A stretch of 64,000 nucleotides of DNA from an uncultured Chloroflexia bacterium (GTDB taxonomy: Bacteria; Chloroflexota; Limnocylindria; Limnocylindrales; CSP1-4), in assembly GCA_963843335.1 (NCBI GenBank), contig CAWJKF010000018.1:576097-640096 (forward strand), written 5' to 3'. Shown here piece by piece: positions 37,305 through 46,523 of this stretch. A program made the translations under genes and the position numbers. Within the stretch, counting starts at the first letter, position 1. Each line of letters opens with the position of its first letter. The notes under the pieces were generated by a model. The model saw nothing but the letters and a program-made list of their open reading frames with translations. It had not been told where the DNA came from and did no database searches.

Positions 37305-38287
37305 CCATGGAGGGTCGTGGCTGGGAGGTCGCTCGGGGGCTGCATCGCATCGAGGCGCCACTCGGCGACCGCTTCGTGGCCTGTTACCTGGTCCTGGGCC
37401 GCGACGCGGCCCTGCTGGTGGACACGGGCGTGGCGCCGACCCCGGCGCGCTCCATCCTGCCGTACGCGGAAAGCATCGAGCTGGCGCCCGACCGCATCCG
37501 CTGGGCGGTCGTCACCCACGCCGACGTGGACCACATGGGTGGGGATGCCGCGCTGGCGGCGGCCGTGCCGGGTGTGACGCTCATCGCGCACGAAGCGGAC
37601 CGGGGCCTCATCGAGGACGTGGGCCGCATCGTCGATGAGCGCTACCGTGAGTTCGCGCCCGATCACGATATCGATGTCGAGCCGGCGATGATCGCGTGGT
37701 GCCACGAGATCGCCGCCGCCGCCCCCATCGGCCTGTCCATCACGAGCACACTGCGCATCGATCTCGGCGAGCGGCAGGTCGAGGTCTTCCCGACGCCGGG
37801 GCACTCGCCCGGGTCGATCTCCGTCTGGGATGCGTCGACGGGTGCGGCCATGACCAGCGACGCGGTCCTCGGCAGCACGCTCCACCTCGCCGACGGCCGT
37901 CCGGCCTTCCCGCCGACCTATCGGTCCCCCGGCCCGTATCGGACCACCATCGCGGAGCTGGAGCGACGCGCGCCAACGTGGCTCCTGACCGCGCATGAGC
38001 CAGTGATGGACGCCGCGACCGCCCAGGCATTCCTGCGTGAGAGCCGCGAGTTCACGGACCGGCTCGAGGCAGCCGCCCTCCAGGAGCTGCGGGAGGGGGG
38101 TCCCTTGACCACCCGCGAGCTCGTCGAACGGTTGGCGCCGCGGATGGGCGACTGGGCGCCGAGCGCGTGGATCTACCTCGCCTACGAGCTGGTCGGACAC
38201 CTCGAGGAGCTCGTGTCGGCGGGGGTCATCGTCGTGCAGCCTGACAGGCCGATACGCTGGGCCAGCGCATCGGGAGGAGAGGCGTGA
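37301..38287 (+). CDS. MBL-fold metallo-hydrolase
   Basis: LLVDTG...VVTHADVDHMGG...TPGHSPGS. GTGA overlap at both ends. Confidence 0.8.
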   Translation: MTMEGRGWEVARGLHRIEAPLGDRFVACYLVLGRDAALLVDTGVAPTPARSILPYAESIELAPDRIRWAVVTHADVDHMGGDAALAAAVPGVTLIAHEADRGLIEDVGRIVDERYREFAPDHDIDVEPAMIAWCHEIAAAAPIGLSITSTLRIDLGERQVEVFPTPGHSPGSISVWDASTGAAMTSDAVLGSTLHLADGRPAFPPTYRSPGPYRTTIAELERRAPTWLLTAHEPVMDAATAQAFLRESREFTDRLEAAALQELREGGPLTTRELVERLAPRMGDWAPSAWIYLAYELVGHLEELVSAGVIVVQPDRPIRWASASGGEA

Positions 38288-39138
38288 TGGGTCGATTGGC
38301 GGGACAGGTCGCGATCGTGACCGGCGGCGGCCAGGGGATCGGGGCGGCCATCAGCAGCCGCTTCGCCCTGGAAGGTGCCCGGGTCGTCGTGGCGCAGCGG
38401 ACGTCAGCGGTCGCCGAGCGACACGCGGCGTCGATCCGCGAAGCGGGCGGTGAGGCCATCGCCGTGCCGACGGATGTGACCGATCGCGCCCAGATCGAGG
38501 CGCTGGTGGGCCGGACCGTGGAGGCCTTCGGTCCGCCCACCATCCTGGTCAACAACGCCGGCATCGCCGTGTTCGAGGATCCCCTCCTGGTGACGCCGGA
38601 CATCTGGCACCGCTGCTTCTCGGTCGACCTCGACGCGGCCTGGTGGGCGACGCAGGCCGTGCTGCCGCACCTGCTCGCCAACGGCGGGGGCAGCATCATC
38701 AACATCGCCTCGGTGCATTCGTTCCAGATCATCCCCGGCTGCTTCCCATATCCCGTCGCCAAGCACGGGCTCATCGGACTGACCCGTGCCCTCGCCGCCG
38801 AGTACTCAGCCCGCGGCGTGCGGGTCAACGCCATCTGTCCGGGGTACATCGAGAGCCAGAACGTGCGGGACTACTTCGCGACCTTCCCCGATCCCGCTGC
38901 GGAACGCGCGCGCGCCGGCGGGCTGCATGCCATCGGCCGGATCGGGGCGCCGGAGGAGGTCGCCGGGCCGGCCGTGTTCCTGGCATCGAGCGATGCGAGC
39001 TTCATCACGGGCGAGGCGCTCATGGTGGATGGGGGCATGAGCATGGTGCTCAACGGGCATGGCATCCCGTTCGTGCCGGGTGTGGGCCCCAGCGGCACCA
39101 CGAGCGGGCTCGACACATCCCCGGCGGGTCGCGGATGA
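38284..39138 (+). CDS. SDR-family oxidoreductase (KduD-like role possible)
   Basis: VAIVTGGGQGIG, NNAG and the catalytic YPVAKHG. Confidence 0.9.
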   Translation: MMGRLAGQVAIVTGGGQGIGAAISSRFALEGARVVVAQRTSAVAERHAASIREAGGEAIAVPTDVTDRAQIEALVGRTVEAFGPPTILVNNAGIAVFEDPLLVTPDIWHRCFSVDLDAAWWATQAVLPHLLANGGGSIINIASVHSFQIIPGCFPYPVAKHGLIGLTRALAAEYSARGVRVNAICPGYIESQNVRDYFATFPDPAAERARAGGLHAIGRIGAPEEVAGPAVFLASSDASFITGEALMVDGGMSMVLNGHGIPFVPGVGPSGTTSGLDTSPAGRG

Positions 39139-40301
39139 CGGATGCGACCGGTGCCGGCATGAGCCGTGCCCGGCCCGCGTCGCCACCGACCCCGATGCAT
39201 GGCCCGCCCGATCGCGATCGTCTGCGGCTCGTCGCCGAGCGTCTGGTCCGACACCCGTACCAGGCGTGGTTCTATGGCGACTCGATCGGGTTCGAAGGGC
39301 TGCTCGCCGCGTCCGAGCTGCTTGGCGACCCGGGATACGCTGCCTTCGCGCGGGGCTTCCTGCGGGGCTGGGCGGCGCACGACGTTCCCTACCGGCCGGA
39401 TGACAACACCGCGCCGGGTCATGCCCTGTGCGCGATCGTGGAGGAGACTGGCGATGTCGAGTTGCGGGCCGCAGCCGAGCGTCTCGGGACGTACCTCGCG
39501 GCCCGTCGCCGGGTCGCCGGGGTCGCGGTCACGTTCGAGGACGCGCGACGTTCGATGCGCGCCCCATACGGCGCCATCGCCCTGGGTCCCGACGACGAGG
39601 CCATCCTTGCCGATCCGGGCGCCGGGATCTACGTCGACTGCCTCCACTTCGATCCGCCCTTCGACGCGCATCTGGGCAGGCTGACCGGCGACGACAGCTG
39701 GTCCGGGCGCGCCCTGACAGAGGCGGAGGGGTACGCGCGGCTGCTGCGTGATCCGGCGACCGGCCTCTACCACCACTTCTGGCTGGAGCGGACCGGGCGA
39801 GCCTACGCGCTGGGCTGGGGTCGCGGCCAGGGGTGGGCGCTGCTGGGGCTGCTGGACCTGATCGACCTGATCCCCGCCGGCGATGTGACGCGGGAGCGTC
39901 TAGCGGCAGAGGCGGGGTCGCTCGCGGAGGCGATGCGTGCCCACCAGCGCGACGATGGCCACTGGTATGCGGTCGTGCACGAGCCCGCAAGCGGCGATGA
40001 GACATCGACGGCCGCGTTCATGGCCACGGCGTTCTTCCGCGGCCTCTCGTCGGGGCTGCTCGAGCCGAGCCGGTTCGCTGCGGCCGCCGAACGCGCCTGG
40101 GCCGCCACCTGGTCGCTTGTCGATGACACCGGGTTGTTGACGGGTGTCTCAGCCGCGGTCTACTCGTCCACCGAGCCGCGCCACTACCACCATGTGCCAC
40201 GCGGCTTCGATGTCCCGTGGGGCCAAGGCCCGGTGCTCACCGCTGCCTTGGCGCGCCGCCGATGGACGGAGGGTCAGGCCACAGGCTCCAGGAACCCGTA
40301 G
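39135..40301 (+). CDS. GH88/GH105-family unsaturated uronyl/rhamnogalacturonyl hydrolase-like protein
   Basis: ATG 39135 (ATGA overlap). WFYGDSIGFEGL...LGWGRGQGWALLGL...DGHWYAVV...ETSTAAFMA, the (alpha/alpha)6 family blocks. Confidence 0.7.
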   Translation: MTDATGAGMSRARPASPPTPMHGPPDRDRLRLVAERLVRHPYQAWFYGDSIGFEGLLAASELLGDPGYAAFARGFLRGWAAHDVPYRPDDNTAPGHALCAIVEETGDVELRAAAERLGTYLAARRRVAGVAVTFEDARRSMRAPYGAIALGPDDEAILADPGAGIYVDCLHFDPPFDAHLGRLTGDDSWSGRALTEAEGYARLLRDPATGLYHHFWLERTGRAYALGWGRGQGWALLGLLDLIDLIPAGDVTRERLAAEAGSLAEAMRAHQRDDGHWYAVVHEPASGDETSTAAFMATAFFRGLSSGLLEPSRFAAAAERAWAATWSLVDDTGLLTGVSAAVYSSTEPRHYHHVPRGFDVPWGQGPVLTAALARRRWTEGQATGSRNP

Positions 40302-41236
40302 AGGCGGGCCGGGTTGTCCACGAACAGCACGGCCTGCTCGTCGTCCCCGAGGCCGCGTGCCCGCATGTCAGCGGCGAACGACCCCAGCAGGAACGTCATG
40401 CCCGGCGCGCCACCGTAGGCCGTCCAGTACCCTTGACGGGCGGCATCCATGCCCAGCACCACCTGGCCCAGGTGACCGTCCTCCGCGGCCCAGTCCAGGA
40501 GCTGGAGCGTGCCATTGGGAGCGTCCTTCCAGCGGAATCCCTGGTCATACTCGACGACCACCCCCGTCGCGAACAGCTCACGCTGGAAGCCACGGTCGAC
40601 GATCTTGTCGACGTGCGACAGCGCCACGTGGTCCGGGCGAGCCCCGTGGGCAGCGAGCAACTCGATCTGCTCGAGGGCTCCCGTGCCGTTCTCGCAGTGG
40701 GTGAGGATCGGGCAGCCGGTGACTCGCTGCGTGATCGCCGCCGCCTCGAAGATCCGGGCATCCCGTGCCGATGGTCCGCCGGCCGATCCAGCGATCTTGA
40801 TGACGCCCGCCCGATATGCGGTCCGCTCCACGACGGGACTGCCGTAATCGAACGCGTCGATACCATCGCCGATGTCGGCCACGAACAGGGCCGCGATCTG
40901 GTCGGCGGTCAGGACCGTGCTCCAGTGGCGCTCGGGGTAGTACCGCTGGTGATGGAGGCCGGTGGGTGCGATGACGTTGATGCCCGAGCGCCGGCTGATC
41001 TCCGCGAGCAGGTGTGCATCGCGTCCGGCGTCTGCCGGCATCGCGTCGACCACGCTCCGCAGCCCGAGGGCTCGTGCCGGCTCCAGCTCCGCGACCGCCT
41101 TGTCGATATCGTCGAGGCGGAAATCGGGGAACAGCTCCACGGTCCTGCTGCCGGCGATGGCCAGGTGCTCGTGCGCGTACGTGACGCCGAGCTCGGAGGT
41201 GTCGATGTCGCCCAGGACGGTGCGAACGAAGGTCAT
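40274..41236 (-). CDS. Phosphotriesterase-homology protein (PTE/Php family amidohydrolase)
   Basis: GVTYAHEHL at the N-terminus, plus later THCENG and HVALSHVD metal-ligand blocks. Confidence 0.85.
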   Translation of the reverse strand: MTFVRTVLGDIDTSELGVTYAHEHLAIAGSRTVELFPDFRLDDIDKAVAELEPARALGLRSVVDAMPADAGRDAHLLAEISRRSGINVIAPTGLHHQRYYPERHWSTVLTADQIAALFVADIGDGIDAFDYGSPVVERTAYRAGVIKIAGSAGGPSARDARIFEAAAITQRVTGCPILTHCENGTGALEQIELLAAHGARPDHVALSHVDKIVDRGFQRELFATGVVVEYDQGFRWKDAPNGTLQLLDWAAEDGHLGQVVLGMDAARQGYWTAYGGAPGMTFLLGSFAADMRARGLGDDEQAVLFVDNPARLYGFLEPVA

Positions 41237-42291
41237 GGAAGGTCACCTTTCGGATCGATCGGGTCGAGTGGATCGGCGACGGCGTCGCCGGTCCCGGAGG
41301 CCTGCATCACGAGGGCCACGGCGCCCAGGACGCCGGCATGGACGGATCGCTCGGCGCGGACGACGGGCACGATGCGGTCCTTGGGATACCGGAACGCGTA
41401 GCGGTCCACGTAGGACTGGACCTGGGGCAGGAAGTGCTCGGCAGCGGCCATCGGACCACCAGCGAGCACGACGAGCTCCGGGTCATAGGCGTGGATGGCG
41501 GTCACGACGGTCGCGCCCAGGTCGCGCTGGAACGCAGCCATGATCTCCAGCCCGACCCGGTCGCCCATCTCGACCGCGTCCACGAGCGCGTCGAAGGCGA
41601 TGGCAGCCGGGTCCTGCTCATATCGCGTGGTGAGGATCGAGGGCACCTTGCGAGCCACCGCATCCCGCATCCGCCCAACCACGGCGTTGGCCGACACGAG
41701 CGTCTCGGCGCAGCCGATGTTGCCGCAGAGGCAGGTCCGGCCCCCGGTCTCGATGGTCGCGTGCCCGAACGAGATGCCGGCACCCAGGTGCCGCGAGACG
41801 AGCAGCCGGTCACCGATGACGACGCCGACGCCGACCCCGGTGCCGATGGTCATGCCGACCACGTCCCCGTGCCCACGGGCGACCCCGAAGCGCCACTCCG
41901 CGAGGGTGGCGGCAGCACCGTCGTTGACGCACCGGACCGGCACGCCGAAGCGCTCCTCCAGCCGGTGCCGCAGGGGGAAGTCCTCGATGCCCTGGACCTT
42001 GCCCGGCAGGTTCCGGACACCGAAGCCCGGCTCGACGATGCCGGGCGCAGCGATGCCGATGCCGCGAAGTCCCATCGCGCCCTCGTCCTGACGTGCTGCG
42101 TCGGCATACGCGAGCAGGCGTGCCCAGATGACCCCGAACGGCTCGTGGGTGGTCGCCAGGACGTCCGACCGCCGGACCTCGCCGTCGGCGCTGACCACGC
42201 CCAGCTTGGTGCGGGTGCCCCCGATGTCCACGCCCAGCCACCACGGCCGCACGCCGTCGCCTTCGGTCACGGCTGCTCCTTTCGTCGACAC
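41233..42291 (-). CDS. ROK-family sugar kinase
   Basis: LGVDIGGTRTKLG, the zinc motif CLCGNIGCAET, and GIGAPG-type blocks. Confidence 0.85.
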   Translation of the reverse strand: MSTKGAAVTEGDGVRPWWLGVDIGGTRTKLGVVSADGEVRRSDVLATTHEPFGVIWARLLAYADAARQDEGAMGLRGIGIAAPGIVEPGFGVRNLPGKVQGIEDFPLRHRLEERFGVPVRCVNDGAAATLAEWRFGVARGHGDVVGMTIGTGVGVGVVIGDRLLVSRHLGAGISFGHATIETGGRTCLCGNIGCAETLVSANAVVGRMRDAVARKVPSILTTRYEQDPAAIAFDALVDAVEMGDRVGLEIMAAFQRDLGATVVTAIHAYDPELVVLAGGPMAAAEHFLPQVQSYVDRYAFRYPKDRIVPVVRAERSVHAGVLGAVALVMQASGTGDAVADPLDPIDPKGDLP

Positions 42292-42298
42292 CGGAGCC

Positions 42299-43657
42299 CT
42301 ACGCGGCCGTGGCCGCGGCGATCTCCAGCACCGCCCCGTCGCGCCGCAGCCGATCTCGGAGTCGCGCCGCCGGCAGGTCGCGCGGATCGGCGCCCATCGT
42401 CACGGCGAGCCCGGCGGCAGTCCCTGCCGCCTGACCCATGGCCATGCACTGCGCCATCGAGCGGACGGAGGCGTGCGCGTCATGGGTGGCCGAGAAGCAC
42501 CGGCCGGCGACGAGCACGTTGGCCGCGTCCCGGACCAGCAATGTCCCATACGGGATGCCCACGACCTCGCCATCGGGCAGATAGCGCCAGGTCGTGTCCG
42601 CCCCGGCATGGTGGTCCTCGATGGGCGCGCCGCACAGGCCGACCTCGTCGTCGAAGCGACGCGCGCTGAGCACGTCATCGCGCGTCAGCCGCGCATCGCC
42701 GTAGACCCGACGCGTCTCCCGAACGCCGACCTGGGTGGACATGCCCGCGAGCGAGGCATGGGCGTATCCGGGCACCTGGTCCACCAGGAACCGAACGTAC
42801 TGGAGGACCTGCTGGCGGCCCGCGATCTCGGCCTCGGTCAGGAAGCCGGGATCGGTGGCGTTGATGACGGCGCCACCGACGTGTCGATAGGACTCGAGCC
42901 GGGTCATGACGGTCGCGGTCATGCCGCTGACCGGGGTCACATGGTCGGAGCCTTCGCGACGGGGCAGGTCGTAGTGGCCGCTCGCGGCGGCCTCGGCCAT
43001 GAGCCGTTCCAGCGAGGCCTTGGTGATGCTGCGTCGCTCGTCCATCTCCACGTTCGCCATCCGGAAGGTCGTGGTCAGGGTCTGCGCGGGCTCGGTGTCG
43101 CCCGCCAGCTCGTAGCCGAACCCGGCGTGGAAGCAGAGGTCCGCGTCGCCGGAGGCATCGACGAACACGCGCCCCCGGACGCGCGCCAGGCCCGCCTTGG
43201 TCGCGATGAGCACCTCCTCGACGCGACCATCACGGACGGTCGCGGCCTGCAGGAACGCGTGCAGCAGCACACCCGCCCCCGAATGTGTCACGAGGCGTTC
43301 CCAGATGACCTTGAGATGGTCGGGGTGATAGGTCACGCCCGTGCCCGCCCCGAAGGTGTTGGGTCGTCGGACCACGGGACCCAGGCCCTCGAGGCCGCCA
43401 ACGACCTCGTCGGGGATGCCGCCCACCACCTTGTGCGAGCGGCTGCCAGGCGTGTAGAAGCCATAGAACGTGTCCAGGACCGCGGTGCTCGTGCCGCCCA
43501 GGAACGGCAGCTTCTCGACGAGCAGCACGCTGACGCCGGTCCGGGCGGCCGCGATGGCCGCGGTGGACCCGGCCGAGCCGGACCCGACCACGACCACGTC
43601 GACCGTGGCCAGCAGCGGCGGGTCGATGATGAACGGCGTCCCGTTCGATGCACCCAT
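42299..43657 (-). CDS. FAD-dependent oxidoreductase (FAD_oxidored/GIDA-like family)
   Basis: Dinucleotide fold VDVVVVGSGSAGSTAAIAAARTGVSVLLVEKLPFLGG. Confidence 0.8.
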   Translation of the reverse strand: MGASNGTPFIIDPPLLATVDVVVVGSGSAGSTAAIAAARTGVSVLLVEKLPFLGGTSTAVLDTFYGFYTPGSRSHKVVGGIPDEVVGGLEGLGPVVRRPNTFGAGTGVTYHPDHLKVIWERLVTHSGAGVLLHAFLQAATVRDGRVEEVLIATKAGLARVRGRVFVDASGDADLCFHAGFGYELAGDTEPAQTLTTTFRMANVEMDERRSITKASLERLMAEAAASGHYDLPRREGSDHVTPVSGMTATVMTRLESYRHVGGAVINATDPGFLTEAEIAGRQQVLQYVRFLVDQVPGYAHASLAGMSTQVGVRETRRVYGDARLTRDDVLSARRFDDEVGLCGAPIEDHHAGADTTWRYLPDGEVVGIPYGTLLVRDAANVLVAGRCFSATHDAHASVRSMAQCMAMGQAAGTAAGLAVTMGADPRDLPAARLRDRLRRDGAVLEIAAATAA

Positions 43658-44470
43658 CAGCCGACCTGCCAGCTCTCCGGGACCGCGATGGCGCCATCGG
43701 CGTCATAGGCGGCTCGGATACGTCGGAAGTACTCGTCGTAGACCCGCTCCAGCTGCTCTTCCCCCTCGGCGCTGCCCACGAAGTGGGGGCTGGTGAGCAC
43801 GACCGGTGTGACGCCACGCTCCGCCAGCAGCTCCGCGGTGCGGCACTTGAGGGCGTTGACGACCGCGATGGCGCCGATGGACGAGGTCGGCCCGACCTTG
43901 TAGGGGACGCCATCGATGGCCACGGCGGCATCGCCGACCGGTGAGCAGTTGTCGACGGTCACGTCCGCGATCTCCGCGAGCTTGCGACCCGACGGGTGAC
44001 GCGACGCGGTCGCCCGGCCATGGTCGAGCGAGGTCACGGCGACGACCGGCAGCCCCATCGCCTTGGCCAGCAGCGCCAGCTCGATGACCACCCCGTTGAT
44101 GCCCGTGGACGAGAAGATGAGGAACGAATCCCCGGGATGGATCTTCGATCTGCTGCAGGATGATGCGCGCGAAGCCGGGCACCTTCTCGAGGTACATCGC
44201 CTGGCGCAGGCCGTTGGGCCCCACGACGCCGACGTGGTTGGAGATGGCCAGCTCCGCGATGGGATGGAAGCCGGGGTAGCTGCCGATGCGCGGGAACATC
44301 TCCTCCGTGTTCATGCGCGAGTGGCCCGAGCCGAACACATGGACCAGTCGATCATCGGCGATGCTCTCGGCGAAGATGTGCGATGCCGAGTCGATGGCAT
44401 CCAGCTGGGTCGTGGCGACCAGGTCCAGGACGGTGCGGGCGGCGTCCAGCCAGCGATCGGCGGCATTCAT
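43657..44470 (-). pseudogene. SIS-domain (UPF0309-like sugar-phosphate isomerase/binding) protein with one frame break near 44135-44155
   Basis: The N-terminal frame reads LVHVFGSGHSRMNTEEMFPRIGSYPGF...ARIILQQ. The C-terminal frame reads KIHPGDSFLIFSSTGINGVVIELALLAKAMGLPVVAVTS. Confidence 0.8.
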
Positions 44471-45360
44471 GGGCGGGGTGTCCTCCGGGAGCTACGGTGG
44501 GTCGATGGGGTTCGATGATGCGGGTGCAGTGACAGCTGTCGGGCGACCGTGGGCGTGTCCAGCGCTGCGTGGACCTCCGCGCGTGGCGCGGATGGATCAG
44601 CGACGGCGTCCGGCGGGCCCGATAGCTGTCCGATCGCCGGCTCCGCGACACGACGGATGAGCAGGTAGCGGGAGCGATCACCGCGGAGCAGCGCCTGCCC
44701 CAGCTCCACGATCCTGCCCGTGGTGTCCGTGGTGATGCGCCGGGTCAGGACCGCGGGCGTGTGCCGTGCGACCCCGAGCAGGGCACTCTCATGGGGCGTG
44801 AGGATGACCGGCTCGATCGTCTCCTGGGCCTCCGCGACGGAGCGGTCGAAGTCCTCGCGCAGGATGGCATACAGCGATCGACGCGCGAAATCGGCTGACT
44901 CCAGCCCGGGGAACAGCTCGAGGGGCAGGTGTGACGACTCGAGCACCATCGGGTCGCCGTCCACGAGGCGCAGACGCTCCAGGTGGAGCAGCGTGTCTCC
45001 CGGGAGGCAGGCGAGCTCGGTGGCAAGCTGACGTGATGCGTCGACCAGGCTCACGCCGATGACCCGGGTGACGACGGTGGAGCCCCGGACGGCGAGGGCC
45101 TCCCGGATGCTGAAGGTGCCCGACAGGGGCGTTGGGACACGTGACCTGGTCACGAAGGTCCCTCGACCCTGGTGACGGGTGATGAGCCCGCGTTCCTCCA
45201 GCTCCGCCAGGGCCTGCCGCAGGGTCGCTCGCGAGACAGCGAGCTCGCGGCACAGGTCGCGCTCTGGGGGGAGCCGGGTGCCCGGAGCCCACTGACCCGA
45301 TCGGATGCGCACCTCAGCCTGGCTGGCGATGATCGAATACAAGGGTTCCCGCACGCGCAT
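44467..45360 (-). CDS. GntR-family transcriptional regulator, HutC subfamily (wHTH + UTRA)
   Basis: Start is ATG 45360. LPPERDLCRELAVSRATLRQALAELEERGLITRHQGRGTFV, followed by a UTRA-like domain. Carries a ~50-aa C-terminal tail. Confidence 0.9.
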   Translation of the reverse strand: MRVREPLYSIIASQAEVRIRSGQWAPGTRLPPERDLCRELAVSRATLRQALAELEERGLITRHQGRGTFVTRSRVPTPLSGTFSIREALAVRGSTVVTRVIGVSLVDASRQLATELACLPGDTLLHLERLRLVDGDPMVLESSHLPLELFPGLESADFARRSLYAILREDFDRSVAEAQETIEPVILTPHESALLGVARHTPAVLTRRITTDTTGRIVELGQALLRGDRSRYLLIRRVAEPAIGQLSGPPDAVADPSAPRAEVHAALDTPTVARQLSLHPHHRTPSTHRSSRRTPRP

Positions 45361-45398
45361 GCTCCTTACCGCTGGCAGTCTAGCGCGACTGGTCCGAT

Positions 45399-45410
45399 TG
45401 GTACAGACCA
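45399..45410. promoter_or_regulatory. dre-like HutC/GntR operator candidate ATTGGTACAGACCATA about 40 nt upstream of the gntR start
   Basis: Core TGGTACAGACCA. An adjacent half-site-like sequence, ACTGGTCCGATTGG, lies at 45389-45402. Confidence 0.45.
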
Positions 45411-45601
45411 TATCCATCCAGCGGTGGGGGTCCGCCACGCAGCGATCGCGCCCTGGTCGGGATCATGTCTGCGGCTGTGATCAGACCACAGCTGGGGCCG
45501 ATGCGCCTGTGCGAAGATGGTCGCTCGGTTGTCCGACGACCGCGTCCGATCGAGACGTAGCGGACCTGCAGGGACAGCTGGATCCATGGGGTCACGACGG
45601 C

Positions 45602-46486
45602 ATGTCCAGCAGACTCGAATGGCGGTCAGGGCGGACCGATGGCCATCTCCCGGCGCTGATGGCGGCGGCCCTCATCGCGGCCACGGCCACCCTCGCGCTC
45701 GGGCTCGGGTCGGCTGCCGGGGCGGGGCACGTCGGCACGACGCCGACCGATACCGCGGTCCAGCAACCGGCCTCGCCCGGCGCGCCCATCCCGATCACGC
45801 CGCTCACCGGGGTCACCTCCCTGGACGCGAGGGTCGTCATCACCGCCGATGGCACCGTGGACGGCAAGCCGACCTCGGGGGACCTCACGGCCCAGCTGAC
45901 CACCAATGATCAGGCCATGAGCCGGATCGATGTCACCGGCAGCCTCCTCGGCGACGTCGTGGCCAAGGTCGGGGGCTCGGCGGTCAAGCTGTTCCGGCCG
46001 AACAAGACGAGCGTCTACGTCGTGCCCGATGGCACCTATGCCGTGGTCTCCGGTCTCTTCGACGTGTGCATCAAGGCCCAGGCCTCGTCAGCGACCGAAG
46101 CGCTCGACCAGCTGAGTCCCCAGGGACTCATGACCATCCTGACGAGCAGCGATGTGGCCCGCGGCACCTTCGTGGGTGACGAGGATCTCAACGGGATGTC
46201 GGTCAGGCACTACATCATCAACGGTGACGAGTTCCTGGCCGCCGCCAAGGCGAGCAGCGACCCGACGGTCAGCGCGTTCGCGGGGTCGCTCACCTCTGCC
46301 ATGGACGCGGACCTGTTCGTGGCTGCGGACACCGGATACCCGGTGGCCTATCGGGGCGGCTTCGGCGGCGCCTTCGAGCCGCTGACGTTCGAGGGCGACC
46401 TGACGGTGCAGATCGATGTGACCGGGGTCGACCAGGACACCTCGATCGAGCTCCCGGGAGCGTGCGACCATCCCGTCTCGATGTAG
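45602..46486 (+). CDS. Secreted hypothetical protein (signal/TM anchor; LolA/LppX-like fold is only a guess)
   Basis: ATG 45602 in ORF 45305..46486. LPALMAAALIAATATLALGLGSAAGA, followed by a beta-rich sequence with no motif I recognise. Confidence 0.5.
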   Translation: MSSRLEWRSGRTDGHLPALMAAALIAATATLALGLGSAAGAGHVGTTPTDTAVQQPASPGAPIPITPLTGVTSLDARVVITADGTVDGKPTSGDLTAQLTTNDQAMSRIDVTGSLLGDVVAKVGGSAVKLFRPNKTSVYVVPDGTYAVVSGLFDVCIKAQASSATEALDQLSPQGLMTILTSSDVARGTFVGDEDLNGMSVRHYIINGDEFLAAAKASSDPTVSAFAGSLTSAMDADLFVAADTGYPVAYRGGFGGAFEPLTFEGDLTVQIDVTGVDQDTSIELPGACDHPVSM

Positions 46487-46523
46487 ACACCGGACGGGCC
46501 CATGACCCTTCCCGTCGCCGCGA

